DNA of 64,000 nucleotides from positions 25,485 through 89,484 of the IMG/VR virus record IMGVR_UViG_2513237302_000002; one strand, 5' to 3'. This stretch comes from a virus. Positions 60,098-64,000 of the stretch are shown piece by piece. A model generated the notes under the pieces. The model ran no database searches, was not told the DNA's origin, and saw nothing but the letters and a program-made list of their open reading frames with translations. Each line of letters opens with the position of its first letter. Positions within the stretch are counted from its first letter, which is position 1. Position numbers and translations under genes: made by a program.

Positions 60098-60130
60098 GCA
60101 TTTAGTTTAAAGACTGAATGCTTTTTGTTT
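60096..60130 (+). terminator. Intrinsic terminator
   Basis: AGGCATTTAGT-ttaaag-ACTGAATGCTT followed by a T run. Confidence 0.75.
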
Positions 60131-60278
60131 TGCCTTTAAAAAGAATTAATAGCCGTTAATGATTGACATAGCAACATTTAAAAATATTTGAAATGGGTTG
60201 ACAACCTATGGTGTGCTGAATACAATATATAGCATAAAGATAAACAAAAATATAGGTGGAATAAAGGGAGTGGCTAAT

Positions 60279-61331
60279 ATGGAAACAATTGAAAATACAT
60301 TTGAAACTTGGAAAAACAGTTTTTCATCAGAGAATACGTCAAGAAATTATGAAACGTCAGTAACAAAATTTAGCGAAATGGTTTTTGACAAGCAACCAGT
60401 TTGGTGGACGGCAAATGATTTAAAGTCGTTAAATTATGAAAAGGTAATTAATAGTTTTGTAGAGCCGTCAAGGGCTAGTGGAGTAAAAGACAGCACGATT
60501 AAACGGGATTTAACAGCCGTTCGTTCATTGGTTAAAATGATTGAACGTACTGAAACATTTAGCGATGAGGATATTGACTTTGCAAAACTGCAAACTAGTA
60601 TTTTACGGGTTGATACCTTGTCAATACGTGACACTGAACATTATAATGCTATTAGTGTATCTGAATTGCACCAGCTGGAGGCTTGGTTGACTGGGAGGAA
60701 CTTTCAACAAGACGGTATAGGTGAACGCTATGCTACATTGGTTGACTTTATGTTCAAAACTGGTGTACGTGTTACTGCTGCATTAAATGTACGTTGGAAG
60801 AACTTTAGCATCATGACGTCAGCATGGGACAATGACCAGTACGCAGTATTGTCGCTTATCGACAAGGGTAAAAAGCTAAATAAAAAGTATCTGCCTATTA
60901 GATATTATCAAAAGTTACGCAATGTATTAGGACGTGGTGATGCTAATGATAAGTTGTTTGAGGGCTTAACTCACAGTAATTTGAAGAAACTCATGCAACA
61001 ATTCAGTCAAGAGGTGGGACGTAATTTAGTCATCCACTCAATTAAAGCTGGAGCTGCAACATCCCTTTGGACAAGAACGCATGACTTATTGTTGGTACGT
61101 GATTTTTGTGACCACACGAGTGTTAAGACAACCGAAAATTATATCCATCGTAATCCTAGTCCAGCAGAAACAGGTTCAGCAATCTTAGCTAGTGAGAATG
61201 ATTATTCTAAGTTAAGTAAACTCACTAAGGAACAATTGTTAATTGCAATTGGTTCAAGCGTTGAGTGCCAATCAGTAGTATATTCAGCAGTTAAGCAGAA
61301 CGCAGAATTAGCTAGAATTCTAAATAATTAG
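60279..61331 (+). CDS. Tyrosine recombinase-fold protein (SPbeta YopP-like position)
   Basis: TGVRV, DKGKK, HSIK (H-x-x-K instead of H-x-x-R), DHTSVKTTENY; promoter TTGACA-17-TACAAT at 60198-60226; AGGGAG RBS. Confidence 0.85.
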   Translation: METIENTFETWKNSFSSENTSRNYETSVTKFSEMVFDKQPVWWTANDLKSLNYEKVINSFVEPSRASGVKDSTIKRDLTAVRSLVKMIERTETFSDEDIDFAKLQTSILRVDTLSIRDTEHYNAISVSELHQLEAWLTGRNFQQDGIGERYATLVDFMFKTGVRVTAALNVRWKNFSIMTSAWDNDQYAVLSLIDKGKKLNKKYLPIRYYQKLRNVLGRGDANDKLFEGLTHSNLKKLMQQFSQEVGRNLVIHSIKAGAATSLWTRTHDLLLVRDFCDHTSVKTTENYIHRNPSPAETGSAILASENDYSKLSKLTKEQLLIAIGSSVECQSVVYSAVKQNAELARILNN

Positions 61332-61595
61332 CAGCCGTTAATGATTAGAAAAGCGTCTATATAATTATCTGATAATAGTTATATAGCAACGTGCTTTACA
61401 ATAAAAACAAATTTATATTATAGTGCATTTGATAGAATAGTTAGCGTCAATATTGGTTTGTTGCCAATGGTTGGCGTTTTTTTTATTGCCTATAATAATA
61501 AAGATTGTGTATGTAATTCACCAACTAATCCTATATTGTTGCTTTAATTTTAAAGCGGTTTGGTTTATAATATTGTTAGCAAGAAAAATATTGCT

Positions 61596-61696
61596 GGGTT
61601 TGGGACGAACCGTGGTAATACAGGCACGTAAGACCATTAGCAATTAGTGATAATGGCAGAGCCGTTCCCAAAAGCTACAATAACGTGGTAGTCCAC
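61596..61696 (+). ncRNA. TnpB omegaRNA-like / IS200-IS605 right-end-derived RNA, copy 2
   Basis: Homologous to 47141-47239; TATAAT at 61566 upstream. Confidence 0.6.
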
Positions 61697-61754
61697 AATG
61701 TGTGTAGCAATAAAATATTGCTGGGTTCACAAAGAAAGACAATAAGGGTGAAAG

Positions 61755-63026
61755 TTGGGAAAAGATATGTATAATGATGAATATGCTTTAATTATTCAAA
61801 AGCAAGGCGACTTACAAGAACTATATGACCGTCTAAGTCGTGAAAATGTAGTAGATAAAAAAGTATTAAATTCAATGTTTTTAAATACAACCATGAATAG
61901 AGAAGATTATCGTACGCTCATGGAATTGGCTTATAAGAAATATAATGATGCTGAATTCAATGAAAAACTTATCTACGGAATTAAAGAAACCAAGACTGGG
62001 AAAATCTTTGCAAGAAGATATAAAGTTAATAACAATATGAAGCAGTGTTACTTGATGCAGCGGTTTTTAGATTTAAGCACCTACAACACCGTTCGAGTAG
62101 ATAGAGAAACTTTTTATGTTGTAGACCCTATCGAAATACAGCTAAATAAACCGTTCTATGAGTTTACGGCTGATGACGTTAAAAAGTTTTGTCTGGAATT
62201 GTCTAAGCTGAATATGTCGCCTAAGACTATTGATGGACGTATTAGCACTCTTTCTAACGCATGGAATACCACAGTTTATAGTTTGTTAAATTACAGCGAC
62301 TATGTATTGAACACTAACAATAACTGGACGATACGCAATAGCGTATCAACAACGGCAACGAACTTGCGTCAGTATATCACGTATGAAACCTTAATGAATG
62401 ATATTATGCAGTCTGGTATGTCTTTACAGGAAACCATTGTAGTGTTGTTGGTTTTCATTGGTTGTCGGCTACCATCACCAAACAAGAGTAGTAAAGAGCA
62501 ACAAAGAGAAAACGAAATATCGTTTATTAAAGCTAGTGATTTGCAAGGTAACGAGCTTAGAATTACCAATGGCTTATCTCCAAGAACAATTAAATTGAAC
62601 GATGAAGAAGCCGCATGGATTAGAAAGGCTATTAACACTAGACCAGATAAGACTAGTCCATATCTTGTTCAACCAGTAAATCACCGTAGAAACCGTAACA
62701 CACCATTAGGACGTTGGGCAATTTGGAATAGAATGGCTAACGTTTCTAAGAAAATGTATGGCGTAACTGGTGTTTTGACGTATATCAATATTCATGCTAG
62801 TGGCATGTGCGACTATATGTTGAAGTTAATGAATGAACGTAATTTAGATATTAATTCACATACACACGATTTGATGGGAGTGGCTGCCGAAACATTAGTC
62901 CATTTTGATGAAATGTCGGAAGAAGAAGCACAAGAGGGATTGGAGAAACATTCTGGCGGAAAATATCTAAAGATTGGTCGTTTAGTTGCACAAGTACGGC
63001 AATATAAATTATCAATTGTAAAGTAA
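61755..63026 (+). CDS. Integrase-fold repressor-like protein (SPbeta MrpR/YopR-like)
   Basis: KPFYEFTADDV...SPKTIDGRISTLS, LLVFIGCR, INIHASGM; canonical H-x-x-R and catalytic H..Y not evident. Confidence 0.6.
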   Translation: MGKDMYNDEYALIIQKQGDLQELYDRLSRENVVDKKVLNSMFLNTTMNREDYRTLMELAYKKYNDAEFNEKLIYGIKETKTGKIFARRYKVNNNMKQCYLMQRFLDLSTYNTVRVDRETFYVVDPIEIQLNKPFYEFTADDVKKFCLELSKLNMSPKTIDGRISTLSNAWNTTVYSLLNYSDYVLNTNNNWTIRNSVSTTATNLRQYITYETLMNDIMQSGMSLQETIVVLLVFIGCRLPSPNKSSKEQQRENEISFIKASDLQGNELRITNGLSPRTIKLNDEEAAWIRKAINTRPDKTSPYLVQPVNHRRNRNTPLGRWAIWNRMANVSKKMYGVTGVLTYINIHASGMCDYMLKLMNERNLDINSHTHDLMGVAAETLVHFDEMSEEEAQEGLEKHSGGKYLKIGRLVAQVRQYKLSIVK

Positions 63027-63028
63027 AG

Positions 63029-63068
63029 AAAATCCTATGTTATGGCGATTCCATAGCGTGGGATTTTT
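63029..63068 (+). terminator. Intrinsic terminator
   Basis: AAAATCCTATGTTATGG...CCATAGCGTGGGATTTT. Confidence 0.8.
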
Positions 63069-63179
63069 ATTTTGCCAAAAAAGTTACTTTACTTTGGCTC
63101 ATTTTTAAACCAAAATATAGCAATAGGTGATATTATAATATGTGTTCGATAATGAAATTGAACAAAAGGAGGAATTTGA

Positions 63180-63773
63180 GTGCATATTGCATTAATGGCA
63201 AGCAGTGGCGGTTCTGGTAAAGATACCGTTGCTGATATGTTAATTAATCTTGGTGCAGCAGATGCAAAGATTAGTCTTGGACAAGGCATTCACCATATTT
63301 GCGACACTTTAGCACGGAATCCATATGGACGACACGAATTACAAACAGTCGGTGAAGATATGCGTAATGTGTTTGGTGAAATGACTTGGATTGACTACAC
63401 AGATAGCATTATCAATGACAAATATGCTGATAAATCAGTAGTTATACCAGACGTTCGCAAGTTGCTGGAGTTTGCACACTATTGCGTGGAACGTGATTAT
63501 AAGCCGTTATATATCAAAGCAAATACAAGCGTTGCTAAACAGCGGTTAAACCAACGTGATGGTGGTTACAAACAGACTGATTTAGATAACAGTATTGAGC
63601 ATCAACTTGATTTCTTGGAGAAGTTACCAAGCGAACGAGTTTTTAAAGATGGTAAGCTGCGAAAGATTGTTGGTAGTGGCGTATTCGACAATGTTTATAT
63701 TGTTGATAACAACGGCACTCTGGACGATTTAAAAGCACAAATTGAAAGTTGGTACAAGTTGCATCATGAATAA
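63180..63773 (+). CDS. Deoxynucleoside monophosphate kinase-like P-loop protein
   Basis: GGSGKDTVA, LQTVGEDMR, VIPDVR, IVDNNGTLDDL; AGGAGG RBS. Confidence 0.8.
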   Translation: MHIALMASSGGSGKDTVADMLINLGAADAKISLGQGIHHICDTLARNPYGRHELQTVGEDMRNVFGEMTWIDYTDSIINDKYADKSVVIPDVRKLLEFAHYCVERDYKPLYIKANTSVAKQRLNQRDGGYKQTDLDNSIEHQLDFLEKLPSERVFKDGKLRKIVGSGVFDNVYIVDNNGTLDDLKAQIESWYKLHHE

Positions 63774-64000
63774 TAATTTTACGCACAAATTTGTAATTGA
63801 AGTCGGTGTTGACTTATCCGAGATTTTAGCACCAGAAAGCATCCAAGGTGTTAAGGCATATCTTGGTGTTAAGAATGACGCTGATTTGTTGGGAGCAGTT
63901 GCAGTTGACCAGTACAAGAAGTTGGCAACCGCTATTAATAATGGTGGTTTCGTAATTATGAATAGCGAATTCATGGCTAATACGCCACAACAACCGCAAA
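63766..64000 (+). CDS. Hypothetical protein, truncated at the window edge
   Basis: ATG overlapping the kinase 3' end; MNNNFTHKFVIEVGVDLSE... open to the end. Confidence 0.55.
   Translation, partial: MNNNFTHKFVIEVGVDLSEILAPESIQGVKAYLGVKNDADLLGAVAVDQYKKLATAINNGGFVIMNSEFMANTPQQPQ

Noticed and set aside
47240..61715. Idea that the omegaRNA-like guides target the ACTTTAC...GCTCA promoter motif (RNA-guided activation)
   Set aside because: Neither 3' flank matches the motif; no convincing full-length target was found by eye in this window

Overview
The window is a 64-kb segment of a large temperate siphophage of the SPbeta/c-st-like type, most likely from a Lactobacillaceae host (inferred from the plasmid-type ParA and RepA_N). 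It appears to be maintained as a plasmid prophage. Positions 1-40.8 kb (minus strand) hold the virion module: terminase, portal, protease/scaffold, capsid, connectors, major tail, a modular tail fibre, holins, a tyrosine recombinase, a 3171-aa tape measure and baseplate proteins. The large terminase is split in its Walker A motif by a 276-nt ORF-less group I intron. Positions 41-47.7 kb hold a plasmid-type replicon: RepA_N with internal iterons and a probable antisense RNA, plus two partition systems (ParA type and ParM/ParR). Positions 47.7-51 kb are non-coding: a repeat-rich, skew-switching probable genome-end/packaging region, three tandem promoters and a ~950-nt highly structured RNA. Positions 51-64 kb (plus strand) hold early/host-takeover genes and an SPbeta-like lysogeny module. 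The most notable observations are: (i) the large structured RNA, with boxA-like motifs and a 22-nt segment complementary to sites ~10 kb away that flank a recombinase gene; (ii) two covarying TnpB omegaRNA-like RNAs with no tnpB in the window; (iii) a family of intergenic tRNA-minihelix mimics; (iv) a promoter class with a conserved motif 44-45 nt upstream of the -10 box; (v) a flagellinolysin-like metalloprotease fused to a baseplate protein; (vi) a probable ADP-ribosyltransferase. All family assignments come from motif recognition by eye; no database searches were run.
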